From a virus (lineage: Duplodnaviria; Caudoviricetes), in IMG/VR virus record IMGVR_UViG_2645727757_000001, positions 1-64,000 of that record: a stretch of 64,000 nucleotides of DNA, one strand, 5' to 3'. The notes beneath the pieces were generated by a model. That model was not told the DNA's origin, did no database searches, and saw only the letters and a program-made list of their open reading frames with translations. Below are positions 18,186 to 29,302 of the stretch, one piece after another; position 1 is the stretch's first letter; each line of letters opens with the position of its first letter. A program made the position numbers and the translations under genes.

Positions 18186-20504
18186 GTGGAAGATTTATTA
18201 AATTTTAATTCAAATTATAATAAAGATTACATTCCTAAAAATTTAAAAGTAATAGATGAAAATTTAAATGCTTTCCAATCTGGAGTAGGATATGGATATG
18301 ATTGTGAAATAAGCAAAATGGTCACAGAGAATAAAAACATAACTGCTCCAATTACTTTTACTTTAGAAGGATATGGAAAAGAAAGTATAAAGTACCTAAG
18401 TAAAGTAGCTTTTGATTATAGATTCAAAATAGAAGCTGATTATAAAGAACGTATAAGAGATGGTAGTTTAAAAGTTAAAATAGAAGCTTATAGATACAAC
18501 CATTCAAGATTTAGACTATATAGATACGCAATAAAACCTATGCAGGTAAGATATAAAATAACTTGCAAAGTATCATATATAAGTCCATCTGGAAGTAATT
18601 ATAAGAAGACTGTAAATAGAGAGCTTACTTTTAATGGAGTATATGATTTATCTAACACTCCTAAATTAAATTATACTCCAAAAGGTTATGTTTCTATTGA
18701 GCCAATAAATCAAAAACTAGATGACAGAACAATAGGTGCAATAATGGAACAAACAGGTAGAAAATTGTACAAGGATTTGGATGAAGCTCACAAGAGCGTA
18801 AATAGTAATCTAATTCAATATTATGATTATAGAATCTATGATGATTATAAAACTGATGTAGATGAAACATACAACCCAAATCAAGGTTTTGATTTAGGAG
18901 CAGATGGAACTTTTAGAATTACTACTGGTGATGATAATAAAGTTGAACGTGGAGATTATTTATATGCTAAAGGAGTAGCAGATGCACAAATATATAGCTA
19001 TGAAGCATTTACAGAAGAAGAGGCAATAACATCCGCTGAACTAGATCCATTTGTAATATTCGGTGGGGAGCATATGACAGCTCCACTAGTATGTTTAAGG
19101 AATAGCAATCTAAGATTTGATGGTTCTTCTGATGAAATAGTAACTCATGTTGAAATAGTTGAAGATACTCCAATAAAACTGACAAATGATTATTATGTAT
19201 CCGATGAATTAACTTATACATTTAGTAATAAAGTTCCTAATGCAATAATAAAATTTGCAGATGTAATATCATCAAATGAACCAGATGGTAAATACAGAAT
19301 ATATATAAATATATTAGAGTGTACAGAGCATATATATTATCAAGGACATACTAAATGTGAACCTGGAGCTAGATATACTTTAGTAACCATGTTAAATGAT
19401 TCTATAGCATTTGAAGGAAGAAGTTATATGACTGATAAGATATATGAAGAATACTATCCTGCAAAGAGTAAAGAACCTTTAAGTGGTGTAGTAAATGGAG
19501 CAATAGATGGAAATATAAAAATCCATAAAGGAAAAAATGATTTTGTTGTTAAAGCTTATAGATTTGCACTTGATAATAAAATGTATAACCATAGAATAAC
19601 TGTAGAAACTAATGTATTAACTCCATCTGGAGCTACAATAAACGCTCAATTTGTTAGTTCTGGACGAAGCGATACAAACATTGATGGTGATGTATTGAAG
19701 GTAACATCAAGTTATTCAACAATGAAAGAGATAGACACCAAGGGTATTTTAACAACTAGAACTATTAATGTTAAAACTGGTGATATTAAAGATGAATACA
19801 TTACTATACTTACAGTAGATAAAGACTATGCTTATACATTTAATAAATATAAGTTAAATGTATATAGTGAAAGTGGAGATATAGCTATATTAGATCAAAC
19901 AAAAGATTCAGATTTAAAAATAATTGATGATAAATGCAAGGTCTATGCTAAGATAGAATCTCTTCAAAGAGCAACGTCAAGATGGAATCCTTTAATTCAT
20001 AATGGTTATTATTATATTAATCAACATGAATTCTTCTTATATTCAAATAGAAAACCTATAGCTAACTATATCCAACAAGAATTAATAAAATTAAAAGAAA
20101 TATCTTATGATATTAGGCTTACTTTATCAAATTCTAATGTAATTCATCAAACTTTCCAGAGTGAAATATTAGCAGATGAAAAAGAGCATTGTATTGTAGA
20201 AGATATTAATAGTTTATTATCAAGCTGGATGGAAGGAATAGGTTATATAATTAGTGATATTAAAAATATATCTATTACAAAAGTAGATGAAGACTTTGAA
20301 CTTATATATGATGAAGAAGCTTTGAAACTTATGGATTGTAAGATATATGCTAAAACAAATGTAACTTTAAAATACTCTGTAGATACGGATAAAATACCTG
20401 TAATAATAGGATCAGAAGGAACAATAATACCTTATGTCAATATAAATAGAGATAAGAAAGTTAGAACAGTTAAAAATTCTGTAATAGTAAAAATAAAGGA
20501 ATAA
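18186..20504 (+). CDS. Phage structural protein (baseplate-associated, beta-rich)
   Basis: 772-aa ORF in the tail operon; GTG start with RBS gaggg. Confidence 0.5.
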   Translation: MEDLLNFNSNYNKDYIPKNLKVIDENLNAFQSGVGYGYDCEISKMVTENKNITAPITFTLEGYGKESIKYLSKVAFDYRFKIEADYKERIRDGSLKVKIEAYRYNHSRFRLYRYAIKPMQVRYKITCKVSYISPSGSNYKKTVNRELTFNGVYDLSNTPKLNYTPKGYVSIEPINQKLDDRTIGAIMEQTGRKLYKDLDEAHKSVNSNLIQYYDYRIYDDYKTDVDETYNPNQGFDLGADGTFRITTGDDNKVERGDYLYAKGVADAQIYSYEAFTEEEAITSAELDPFVIFGGEHMTAPLVCLRNSNLRFDGSSDEIVTHVEIVEDTPIKLTNDYYVSDELTYTFSNKVPNAIIKFADVISSNEPDGKYRIYINILECTEHIYYQGHTKCEPGARYTLVTMLNDSIAFEGRSYMTDKIYEEYYPAKSKEPLSGVVNGAIDGNIKIHKGKNDFVVKAYRFALDNKMYNHRITVETNVLTPSGATINAQFVSSGRSDTNIDGDVLKVTSSYSTMKEIDTKGILTTRTINVKTGDIKDEYITILTVDKDYAYTFNKYKLNVYSESGDIAILDQTKDSDLKIIDDKCKVYAKIESLQRATSRWNPLIHNGYYYINQHEFFLYSNRKPIANYIQQELIKLKEISYDIRLTLSNSNVIHQTFQSEILADEKEHCIVEDINSLLSSWMEGIGYIISDIKNISITKVDEDFELIYDEEALKLMDCKIYAKTNVTLKYSVDTDKIPVIIGSEGTIIPYVNINRDKKVRTVKNSVIVKIKE

Positions 20505-20515
20505 GGATAGGTGAA

Positions 20516-21163
20516 ATGTCAGATAACAGATATTCTAAAGCTAGATATATTAGAGATACCAACTTAGGATTACTTGGTGATCCAACTTATAGATGCTGTG
20601 AAATTGAAGTATATAATCCAGATAATATAAATATAGCTATAAATGGAACTATTAAATTTATATGCGATTTATATGATATGAATGAGGCTAGTTGTGGGAA
20701 TCCAAATAATGCAAATAATGGAACTATAGAAACAAATACGTCAGCTATGTGCAAGATTTCAACTCCTACAAATCCAGGATCAAGAAAAGGAATAATACTT
20801 GATTTAGGAGATATTTATGAAATAAAAAACATAAACGTAAGGCACTCTTGGAAAAATGCAGAGGTGTATATTCAAAATGTAGTTGAAATCTCTACAGATG
20901 GTCTTAATTGGATAGTTGTTCAAGATTCATCTATCTTTGGAGATTATACAGAAACAGAAGATGGATTGAATATAGAGGTTCCATATGGAATAGGCTCTGT
21001 AAATGGGGATGGTGGAACTGCTAATATACCTGGAAAAACAATTATAACATCCTCTTCTAAACCTATTAATAAAAATATTATTTGGTTTGAGATAACAAAT
21101 ATGTCTGTAACGGGAAGAAATAAGAAAGATACTGTAAATAAAAAATATAAATTAAAAATGTAG
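20516..21163 (+). CDS. Discoidin/F5-8 type C-like carbohydrate-binding structural protein
   Basis: IILDLGDIYEIKNINVRHSW and VEISTDGLNW motifs; ARYIR N-terminal strand. Confidence 0.6.
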   Translation: MSDNRYSKARYIRDTNLGLLGDPTYRCCEIEVYNPDNINIAINGTIKFICDLYDMNEASCGNPNNANNGTIETNTSAMCKISTPTNPGSRKGIILDLGDIYEIKNINVRHSWKNAEVYIQNVVEISTDGLNWIVVQDSSIFGDYTETEDGLNIEVPYGIGSVNGDGGTANIPGKTIITSSSKPINKNIIWFEITNMSVTGRNKKDTVNKKYKLKM

Positions 21164-21222
21164 AACATAAGATAAAATATAAAAAATATTTAATTATCCA
21201 TTAAACAAGGAGCAATTAAAAC

Positions 21223-22332
21223 ATGGATATGTATAGTCCGATTAATTCTTATAAAATTTTAATGCACTCAATTACTGAAAGCGGAGAAGATATAACAATC
21301 TTTCCTATAACTAAAAGTGATTTAGTTTGGATGTCTTCTGGTATAAATCTAGATGAAGCATTAGGGTTGAAGGTAGATAATATAACTTATGAAGAAGATA
21401 AAGAAAATATTAATGGTTCAATATCTACTGTTGTTCAGTCAGTGACAGATGTTAAGACTGAAATTAAATTAATGAAAGAATCCATAGAATTATCAGTAAA
21501 TAAAGATACGTTTGGAGCTTTTAAAAATTATGTAGATGGTGAATTAAGTAGTCTTGGAAATTTTGTAACTCAAACAACATCAGAACTTAAACTAATGAAT
21601 GATTCTATAGCTGCAAAAGTAGGCAAGGTTGAATATGAAAATAGAAATAAGGTTGTTGATGGAGAAATTTCAGCTACAAAAGAAACTTTAAAAAAGCAAG
21701 AATCAACATTAGAATTAATGAATAATTCTATAAAGGCTAAAGTAGATAGTAGTACTTATATTACTGATAAGCAAGTTATAGATGGAAAATTCACCACAGT
21801 AAATGAAAGTGTATCAAAAAATACTTCATCTATAGAGATGCTTCAAAATGAAATAAACCTTACTGTTAAAAAAGAAGATTATAATAAACATAATGAAATG
21901 GTAGATGGAAAATTAAAAGGTTTAGAAGGTAGTGTATCTAATGCAAATTCTTCAATAAAACAGTTAACAGATGAAATTGATTTAAGAGTAACTACTGAAA
22001 GATTTGATGAAACGATAAAAAATATAAAAGGAGACATTTCTGGAGTATCAAGTGATCTTGTTTATAAAGTAGAAATATACTCAACAAATGGCTCATCATT
22101 TAAAAACGGAAAAATAAATACAACATTAATTGCTAGAGTATTTAAAGGCAGTAAAAATATTACTGATACTATTCCAGCAAGTAGACTTATATGGACTAGA
22201 ATATCTGATGATACTAGTTCAGATACTATTTGGAATGAAAAGTATAAAAATGGAGCTAAACAAATAAATGTAACTATAGATGATGTTAATAAAAGAGCTA
22301 CTTTTAATTGTAGTTTATTAAGAAATGATTAG
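21223..22332 (+). CDS. Tail fibre-associated protein with ~42-aa helical repeats
   Basis: Repeated (S/T)EL.LM..SI..KV units; C-terminal STNGSSFKNG..TTLIARVFKG...WTR.S.D..WN domain common in phage tail proteins. Confidence 0.65.
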   Translation: MDMYSPINSYKILMHSITESGEDITIFPITKSDLVWMSSGINLDEALGLKVDNITYEEDKENINGSISTVVQSVTDVKTEIKLMKESIELSVNKDTFGAFKNYVDGELSSLGNFVTQTTSELKLMNDSIAAKVGKVEYENRNKVVDGEISATKETLKKQESTLELMNNSIKAKVDSSTYITDKQVIDGKFTTVNESVSKNTSSIEMLQNEINLTVKKEDYNKHNEMVDGKLKGLEGSVSNANSSIKQLTDEIDLRVTTERFDETIKNIKGDISGVSSDLVYKVEIYSTNGSSFKNGKINTTLIARVFKGSKNITDTIPASRLIWTRISDDTSSDTIWNEKYKNGAKQINVTIDDVNKRATFNCSLLRND

Positions 22333-22347
22333 TTGGAGGTATTGTAT

Positions 22348-25300
22348 ATGACTATTGCTACTGGTCAATTCACGATAATAGACATGAACGATTTTGAATC
22401 TGGTGTAACTCCTCCTATTGAACCTAATGATAATTCAGTATGGCTTGATACATCAGTTAATCCGCCAGTATTTAAAATATGGAATGGTTCAGAGTGGGTT
22501 ATAGAAAATGATTGGAATGAAAAAGTAAATGGACTAGAAGATAGTATCAATGAAACTAAATCAAGTCTGGAAGGAACTCAAACTGATGTTAGATTATTAA
22601 AAAAATCTATTGATTTAAAAGCAGATACAACTTATGTAGATAGAGTTAAAACTGAATTAACTTTAGGCGGAAAAAATAAAATGCCATTTACATTGTTTGA
22701 TATGGAGAATTTTACATCATATTGGACTACTTCGCATAATGATATAGCTAGTATAAGTTTAGTTAATTATAATTTCGGAGTAGAAGGAAATGATGATTAC
22801 TTTATTGCAGGTAAAAAGGTTTTTAATTTCTCCGTAAATTCAATAAAGGCTACAGAACAACAGATTAATTATTCAACTTGTAATGTTATAGATGATAAGA
22901 AATTTATTAAATTAAAGCCAAATAAGGATTATACATTTAGTTCATGGATGTTAAAAAATAGTTTCTGCGAAAAATTTAAATTTGTAATATTCAATAAAGC
23001 TACAAATAAAATACACGCTACATCAAGTTTATTTTTAGCAGAAAGTGATAAGTTTAAAAGATATGGATTAACATTTACAACAGATTCTACAGAAGATTAT
23101 TGTGTGATAATTTACAATTATCCTAAATCTGGAGCATCTGGGAATTCAAATGTATATCTCTATAACATGATAGTTGAAGAAGGTGAAGCTAGTGATGTAT
23201 GGAGTCCATGCATTGATGACGTTGGATCATCTTCAATTGCTTATATCGAAGAAGCATTAAAACAATTAAAATCTAATTTAAAAGTAGAAGATGATAAGAT
23301 TACAGCAAGTGTTTCTAAGGTTCAATCAGAAACAGAAACACTTGATGGAGAAGTAAAGAAAAATAAAAAATGGATTGAAAATGCACAATTAGCTATAGAT
23401 AGTGGAAGTATAATTGGTAGTGTATCAAACTATTTACCTGGTGCTGATAATCTTATGCCATATACTTATTTAAATTTAAAAGATGTTGAAAAAAGCTGGT
23501 CTATAACTCCAAAAGGAACTATAACTAAAAGATTATATGATTTTGGTACAGTAAGCTCACAAGATAATTTCCTATATGGAAAAAATGTATTAATGATTTC
23601 TTGTACTCCACTTGATGCTTCATCAATAGAAGATTCAACATTGGTTTTAACTGTATCTCCAGAAAAAAGAGATATTGTTTTAGAAACAAATACTAAATAT
23701 ACAATAAGCTATTATGTTTATATTACAGATAGAATAAAGTCTGTTAAATGTCAAATATGGAATAAAGCAAAAAATAATTCATTAAATTCTACACTTGAAA
23801 GTGATTCAAATGTAACTGAATATACAGAGCATTTTGTAAAGGTAGAAGTATCATTCACAACAACTGAAACTGATACAGTATATTATCCTAGATTCATAAT
23901 AGAAATGAATAAAGATTTATTAAGAGATGCCAATATATATTTAGCTGATATGATGATTCAAAAAGGTAGTGTAAATATAACTTGGACACCTAATGCATAT
24001 GATAATGAAAAGTATATTGATGATACTATGACAGAAAAAATGGTAGAAGTTAATGAACAATTCTTAGAATATGGGAAAGAATTGAAAAATTTAGATACCT
24101 ATATGAAAGGTGCATTTAAGGATGGAATAATAGATAGCACAGAAGCAGAAAATATTAAAGAAAGCCTAAGATATATTGACATTGAAAAAAGAGCTATTGA
24201 CGCTCAATATAATGAAATAATGTCTAATGCATCTTTATTAAGTGATGAAAATACAAATGTATTACCAAGCGAAATTATTATAAAAGATGAAGTATCTACT
24301 TATGGAGCTGGACCAACTATTAGTGATGTAACGGTAATTGAAGCATTTAGAAACGGAAGATTCAAGTTAAGATACAAAGTAGGAAATGAATTACCTAATG
24401 AAAAAACAACACATTTCATAAGTAAAAATGGAGCGGATTATGAAAGTGTAGATGCTATAAAATATGGAGATTATTATGAGGCTATAAGTACAGGATTACC
24501 ACCTGGAGATAATAGAGTTTCAGTAAAGGTAATAAATTCAGCAGGTCAAAATGTTTATTCAAATGTTACAGTTACTATAAAAGAAAATTCAAAAGAACAT
24601 CTTACTTTCTCAAAAAAAGAATACAATAACAAATATGATGAATTAGTTACTGTAATTAATAGAATACTTGAAGCTGGAAAAGTAACAGAACAAGATAAAA
24701 ATGATATAGACACAGCATTTACTGCATATGGAGACAAGCTTTCTCAATTCCATGCAGCTTTTAATTCAGCAATAGATGCAATTGCAGAATCTAAAGTTAG
24801 TTCATTATCTCAACAATTAGATAATAAGATGGCTCAATTCAAAGTTACTGTTGATGGAATAAGTAGTACTGTAACAAAAACTGAAACAATTACAGGAGAA
24901 ATACTTGAAGATCTATCAAATGTTAATAGTAACATAGATGATTTAAAAACATCTGTAGGCGTAGCTAAAGAAAATGCAAAGAAAGCACAAGATGCAGCTG
25001 ATTCAGCAAAAAGTGCGGCTGATACAGCAAACAGACTTGTATCTGATATATCAAATGACAATAGATTAACTCCCGGTGAAAAGCAATCAGTAAAGCTTGA
25101 ATGGGATGTAATTGTCGGAGAAAAAGATGGAATCATAGAAAGTGCTAATAAATATAGTGTATCAACTACTGATTACTTATCTAAATACGATGCTCTTAAT
25201 ACTTATATAACACCATTACTTTCAAGTCTTACGAACACATCTGATGTAAATGGTGGAGTATTTAGAAGTAAATTTAAGGATTATTATAATTCTAAACAAG

Positions 25301-28300
25301 CAATATTAAATAATATAAGTAGTGAAGCTAAGTCTTTAGTTGAAGTAGCTGAAAATCTTGCCACACAAGCACAATCAGCAGCGGATGCAGCAAAACAAGC
25401 AGCTCAAACAGCACAATCCACAGCGGACGCTGCAAAATCATCAGCACAAACTGCAAATAACAAACTAGGAGAAATTGCTAGTGATAGCAAACTAACTCCT
25501 AGCGAGAAACAAAATACTAAATTAGAGTGGGACAAAATAGTAGGAGAAAAAGACAAAATAATATCAGAAGCAACTAAGTTTGGAGTAAGTACTACAACTT
25601 ATGTTGGTAACTATAATACTTTGGATTCTTATATAACACCTCTCCTATCAAGTTTAACTACTACTAGTGATATAGTTGGAACTACATTTAGAAGTAACTT
25701 CTCAAATTATTATAGTGCTAGACAGGATGTATTGAATGGAATAACTACTAAGGCTAAAGAATTAGCAGGTAACGCACAAAGCACAGCAAATAATGCACAA
25801 ACCGCAGCAACCAACGCTCAAAAAGCAGCAGATGCAGCTAAATCATCAGCTCAAACAGCACAATCCACAGCGGATGCTGCAAAATCATCAGCAACAACTG
25901 CAAATAACTTATTAAAAGATATTGCAGATGATAATAAAATAACACCTACAGAAAAACAAAGTACAAAGCTTGAATGGGATAAGATAGTAGGAGAAAAAAC
26001 TAAGATAGTAACAGAAGCAGGTAAATTTAGTGTTTCATTGACTACTTATAATTCAGCATATGATGCTTTAAATACTTATATAACGCCTATTCTATCTAGT
26101 TTAACTACTACTAGTTCAATAACAGGTACAGAGTTTAGAACTAAATTTTCTACTTATTATAATGCTAGACAGGATGTATTAAATGGAATAAGTTCTAAGG
26201 CTAAAGAGTTAGCAGATACCGCACAAAGCACAGCAAATACTGCAAAATCAGCAGCAGATGCAGCAAAACAAGCAGCTCAAACAGCTCAATCAACAGCGGA
26301 TGCTGCAAAATCATCAGCAACAACTGCAAATAATACATTAAAGGATATTGCTGATGATAATAAAATAACACCTACTGAAAAGCAAAGTACAAAGCTTGAA
26401 TGGGATAAGATAGTAGGGGAAAAGCCTAAGATTGTATCGGAAGCTGGTAAGTTTAGTGTTTCATTGACTACTTATAATTCAGCGTATAGTACTTTAGAAA
26501 ATTATATAACACCTATTCTTTCTAGTTTAACTACTACTACTAGCATAACTGGTACTACATTTAGGTCTAATTTTGCTAATTATTATAACGCAAGACAAGA
26601 TGTATTAAACGGTATAACCACTAAAGCTAAAGATTTGGCTGGTACTGCACAAAGTACTGCGAATAATGCACAAACTGCCGCAACTAATGCACAAAAAGCA
26701 GCAGATGCAGCTAATGCACTTGCTACTACTGCAAAAAGCACAGCGGATACTGCGAAAACTAATGCACAAACTGCAAATAACAAATTAGGTGAAATTGCAA
26801 GTGACAGTAAACTAACTCCTAGTGAGAAACAAAATACAAAATTAGAGTGGGACAAAATAGTAGGAGAAAAAGACAAGATAATATCAGAAGCAAATAAATT
26901 TGGAGTAAGCACAACAACTTATACTAATAATTACAATACTTTAAATTCTTATATAACACCTCTTTTATCAAGCTTGACTTCTACTAGTGATATTGTAGGA
27001 ACTACATTCAGAAGTAATTTTGCTAATTATTATAATGCTAGGCAAGATGTATTAAATAGTATAAGTTCAAAAGCTAAGACTTTAGCAGATAATGCACAAA
27101 CTGCGGCAGATAATGCGAATAAGCAAGTAGGCGCATTGGGAACTAGAGTATCTACGGTTGAACAAAAAGTTGAAGCAGATAATATAACAAATGTGGTTAG
27201 ACAACATACTTCATATAAGAATGATTTAAATGCTAAAGCTAATAAAACAGATGTATATACTAAAACTGAAATAGAAGGAAAAAAATATCAAACCGAATCA
27301 CAAGTACAACAAACTGTGAATGGACTTCAAGTTAAAGTAACTGATGAAGGTGGGTATAACTTAGTTAAAAATTCATGTGGTGGTGGAGTCACAAATTCTT
27401 GGATAGTACCAAGTGGAGTAGCGGCATATAGAAGTGTTGATGTGCAAACCTTATTACCAACAGGAGCATCAACTGCATTATGTTTTGATAATAATAGTGG
27501 CGCTACAGCTTATGTATGTTCAGAAAGATTTGTATTAAAACCTAATACAAAATATATATTTAGCGGATGGGTTCGTCATTATAATATGGGTGCACCTGTA
27601 TTTATGGTTGCGGGAAGTGATACAGTATACGAAAATAATGAAAGTGATAGTTACACATGGTATAAAAGAGCACCAGTAGATGGTGAACCAGACGTGTATA
27701 AGAAATTCTTCTTGACATTTCAGACTACAGCAAATACGAAAAGTGGATATGTAAGAATACAATTAGGCACTCAAGTTGCTTCAAATGCTTTAGCTATGTG
27801 TCAATTTACTAAAATATTAGTTACAGAAGGAGAACTTGATTTTGAATGGTGCCCACATCATGGAGAAGTTTATGAGGGCATAGTTGAAATAGGAAAAGAA
27901 GGGGTTAAAGTAACAAGAGATGGATTTAGATCATATACATTATTAGACGATAAATCGCTTTCAGTTATTGAAAAGGGTGCAACTATGGCATCATTTGGAG
28001 AAAACTCTTCAATTCCAGAACTAGTATCAGGTAGTATATACGCAGAAGAGATACAATCACAAAGTTTAATAAACACACAAACAGCAATAACACTTTATGT
28101 AAATATGACAAGTGGTTCCGATGAAAATGATGGTTTATCATCAAGCACTGCATTAAAAACAATACAAGAAGCATTAGATAGACTTAATAAATGTTTAATA
28201 GAAGATAGTGTAATTATTAATGTAACGGGTACTGGAAATCAATCTATAAAAGCTTGGGGATTTATCGGATCTGGAGAATTAAATATAATATTAGACCAGA

Positions 28301-29283
28301 CAGCTAGATTATATACAAATACATTTGATTTCTATTGTTGCAATTGTTTTATAAGGGTAAACGGAAGTAAAGATGGCATAGAAGGAAAAAATTCAGGGCA
28401 AATAATACAACAAGATAGTGGAGATTTATTTTATATTATGTGTTGTACTTATGTGCATATAAAAGCAACGTGTATTGTTGGCCAAAAAAGTGGTCAAGCA
28501 GTAACGTCAATATATGGAAGTCATGTATTTGTTGAACAATGTGAAGTAGATAGATTCTCAACTTGTTTCTTGGCAAAAGCAGCAGGAATAATATCAGTTA
28601 AAAACTGTATAGGTTCAGATGACACCTATGTTGCTGGTGGAAATAACGGAGGTATAATATTCCTATGTTCTGCTACCAACGCTGTAATTCCTAACTATAT
28701 AACTGCGGTATATGCATCAAGTGGATCATCAGAAGTTGAGAGAGCTGGTCTTGCAGAAGGAAAGGGTTCTAAGAGATCTGGAGTAATATATCCTCCTACT
28801 TATGTACCACCTTCTCCACCAGCGGCTACACAATACACTAAATCATGGACACCAACAAAAATATATTCAGATGAAACATTAAACGGATGGTCTGATAGAG
28901 CTGAACTTATCCAAGGATATTATTCTGGATGGGGTACTGGTAGATGGACTGGATATATAAAATTTAATGATGGAAGTATAAGGGACACAATTTCTAATGC
29001 TACAAATTTATCTGGAAAGCTATATCTAAAAAGAAGATCATCAGCTCATGGAGTTAATGTTGGTGCAATATTATCATTATATGGCTCAGATGGTACAGCT
29101 ATTGATACATCAACAAAATTTGATTTAGGTACTGGAAAGTGGATAACATTATCTGCTGCTGTAGTAGGAAAAATACAAAGTGGAGCAATCAAATACTTCT
29201 ACGTTAAGTATGATTCTTCAACTCAAAATAGATATATAAAATTTGAATCTAATATAACTTTACAGTTAAGTTATAAAAAGTAA
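22348..29283 (+). CDS. Giant tail fibre / receptor-binding protein with CBM-like domains, five 142/149-aa repeats and a beta-helix-like C-terminal region
   Basis: Start moved to ATG 22348 (GGAGG at 22336). LKPNKDYTFS, LETNTKYTIS and LKPNTKYIFS CBM-like modules; tandem repeats 25000-27120; LYVNMTSGSDENDG...KTIQEAL pectin-lyase-like entry motif. Confidence 0.75.
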   Translation: MTIATGQFTIIDMNDFESGVTPPIEPNDNSVWLDTSVNPPVFKIWNGSEWVIENDWNEKVNGLEDSINETKSSLEGTQTDVRLLKKSIDLKADTTYVDRVKTELTLGGKNKMPFTLFDMENFTSYWTTSHNDIASISLVNYNFGVEGNDDYFIAGKKVFNFSVNSIKATEQQINYSTCNVIDDKKFIKLKPNKDYTFSSWMLKNSFCEKFKFVIFNKATNKIHATSSLFLAESDKFKRYGLTFTTDSTEDYCVIIYNYPKSGASGNSNVYLYNMIVEEGEASDVWSPCIDDVGSSSIAYIEEALKQLKSNLKVEDDKITASVSKVQSETETLDGEVKKNKKWIENAQLAIDSGSIIGSVSNYLPGADNLMPYTYLNLKDVEKSWSITPKGTITKRLYDFGTVSSQDNFLYGKNVLMISCTPLDASSIEDSTLVLTVSPEKRDIVLETNTKYTISYYVYITDRIKSVKCQIWNKAKNNSLNSTLESDSNVTEYTEHFVKVEVSFTTTETDTVYYPRFIIEMNKDLLRDANIYLADMMIQKGSVNITWTPNAYDNEKYIDDTMTEKMVEVNEQFLEYGKELKNLDTYMKGAFKDGIIDSTEAENIKESLRYIDIEKRAIDAQYNEIMSNASLLSDENTNVLPSEIIIKDEVSTYGAGPTISDVTVIEAFRNGRFKLRYKVGNELPNEKTTHFISKNGADYESVDAIKYGDYYEAISTGLPPGDNRVSVKVINSAGQNVYSNVTVTIKENSKEHLTFSKKEYNNKYDELVTVINRILEAGKVTEQDKNDIDTAFTAYGDKLSQFHAAFNSAIDAIAESKVSSLSQQLDNKMAQFKVTVDGISSTVTKTETITGEILEDLSNVNSNIDDLKTSVGVAKENAKKAQDAADSAKSAADTANRLVSDISNDNRLTPGEKQSVKLEWDVIVGEKDGIIESANKYSVSTTDYLSKYDALNTYITPLLSSLTNTSDVNGGVFRSKFKDYYNSKQAILNNISSEAKSLVEVAENLATQAQSAADAAKQAAQTAQSTADAAKSSAQTANNKLGEIASDSKLTPSEKQNTKLEWDKIVGEKDKIISEATKFGVSTTTYVGNYNTLDSYITPLLSSLTTTSDIVGTTFRSNFSNYYSARQDVLNGITTKAKELAGNAQSTANNAQTAATNAQKAADAAKSSAQTAQSTADAAKSSATTANNLLKDIADDNKITPTEKQSTKLEWDKIVGEKTKIVTEAGKFSVSLTTYNSAYDALNTYITPILSSLTTTSSITGTEFRTKFSTYYNARQDVLNGISSKAKELADTAQSTANTAKSAADAAKQAAQTAQSTADAAKSSATTANNTLKDIADDNKITPTEKQSTKLEWDKIVGEKPKIVSEAGKFSVSLTTYNSAYSTLENYITPILSSLTTTTSITGTTFRSNFANYYNARQDVLNGITTKAKDLAGTAQSTANNAQTAATNAQKAADAANALATTAKSTADTAKTNAQTANNKLGEIASDSKLTPSEKQNTKLEWDKIVGEKDKIISEANKFGVSTTTYTNNYNTLNSYITPLLSSLTSTSDIVGTTFRSNFANYYNARQDVLNSISSKAKTLADNAQTAADNANKQVGALGTRVSTVEQKVEADNITNVVRQHTSYKNDLNAKANKTDVYTKTEIEGKKYQTESQVQQTVNGLQVKVTDEGGYNLVKNSCGGGVTNSWIVPSGVAAYRSVDVQTLLPTGASTALCFDNNSGATAYVCSERFVLKPNTKYIFSGWVRHYNMGAPVFMVAGSDTVYENNESDSYTWYKRAPVDGEPDVYKKFFLTFQTTANTKSGYVRIQLGTQVASNALAMCQFTKILVTEGELDFEWCPHHGEVYEGIVEIGKEGVKVTRDGFRSYTLLDDKSLSVIEKGATMASFGENSSIPELVSGSIYAEEIQSQSLINTQTAITLYVNMTSGSDENDGLSSSTALKTIQEALDRLNKCLIEDSVIINVTGTGNQSIKAWGFIGSGELNIILDQTARLYTNTFDFYCCNCFIRVNGSKDGIEGKNSGQIIQQDSGDLFYIMCCTYVHIKATCIVGQKSGQAVTSIYGSHVFVEQCEVDRFSTCFLAKAAGIISVKNCIGSDDTYVAGGNNGGIIFLCSATNAVIPNYITAVYASSGSSEVERAGLAEGKGSKRSGVIYPPTYVPPSPPAATQYTKSWTPTKIYSDETLNGWSDRAELIQGYYSGWGTGRWTGYIKFNDGSIRDTISNATNLSGKLYLKRRSSAHGVNVGAILSLYGSDGTAIDTSTKFDLGTGKWITLSAAVVGKIQSGAIKYFYVKYDSSTQNRYIKFESNITLQLSYKK
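24960..27120 (+). repeat. Five intragenic tandem repeats, period alternating 426/447 bp
   Basis: LTP/ITP.EKQ codons at 25069, 25495, 25942, 26368, 26815. Confidence 0.9.
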
Positions 29284-29302
29284 AAAGGAGAGAATTTATT
29301 TT

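Noticed and set aside
24960-27120. CRISPR array or DGR template/variable repeat
   Set aside because: Repeats are long, in-frame and differ mostly at synonymous sites; no spacers, no adenine-specific pattern noticed, and no reverse transcriptase in the window
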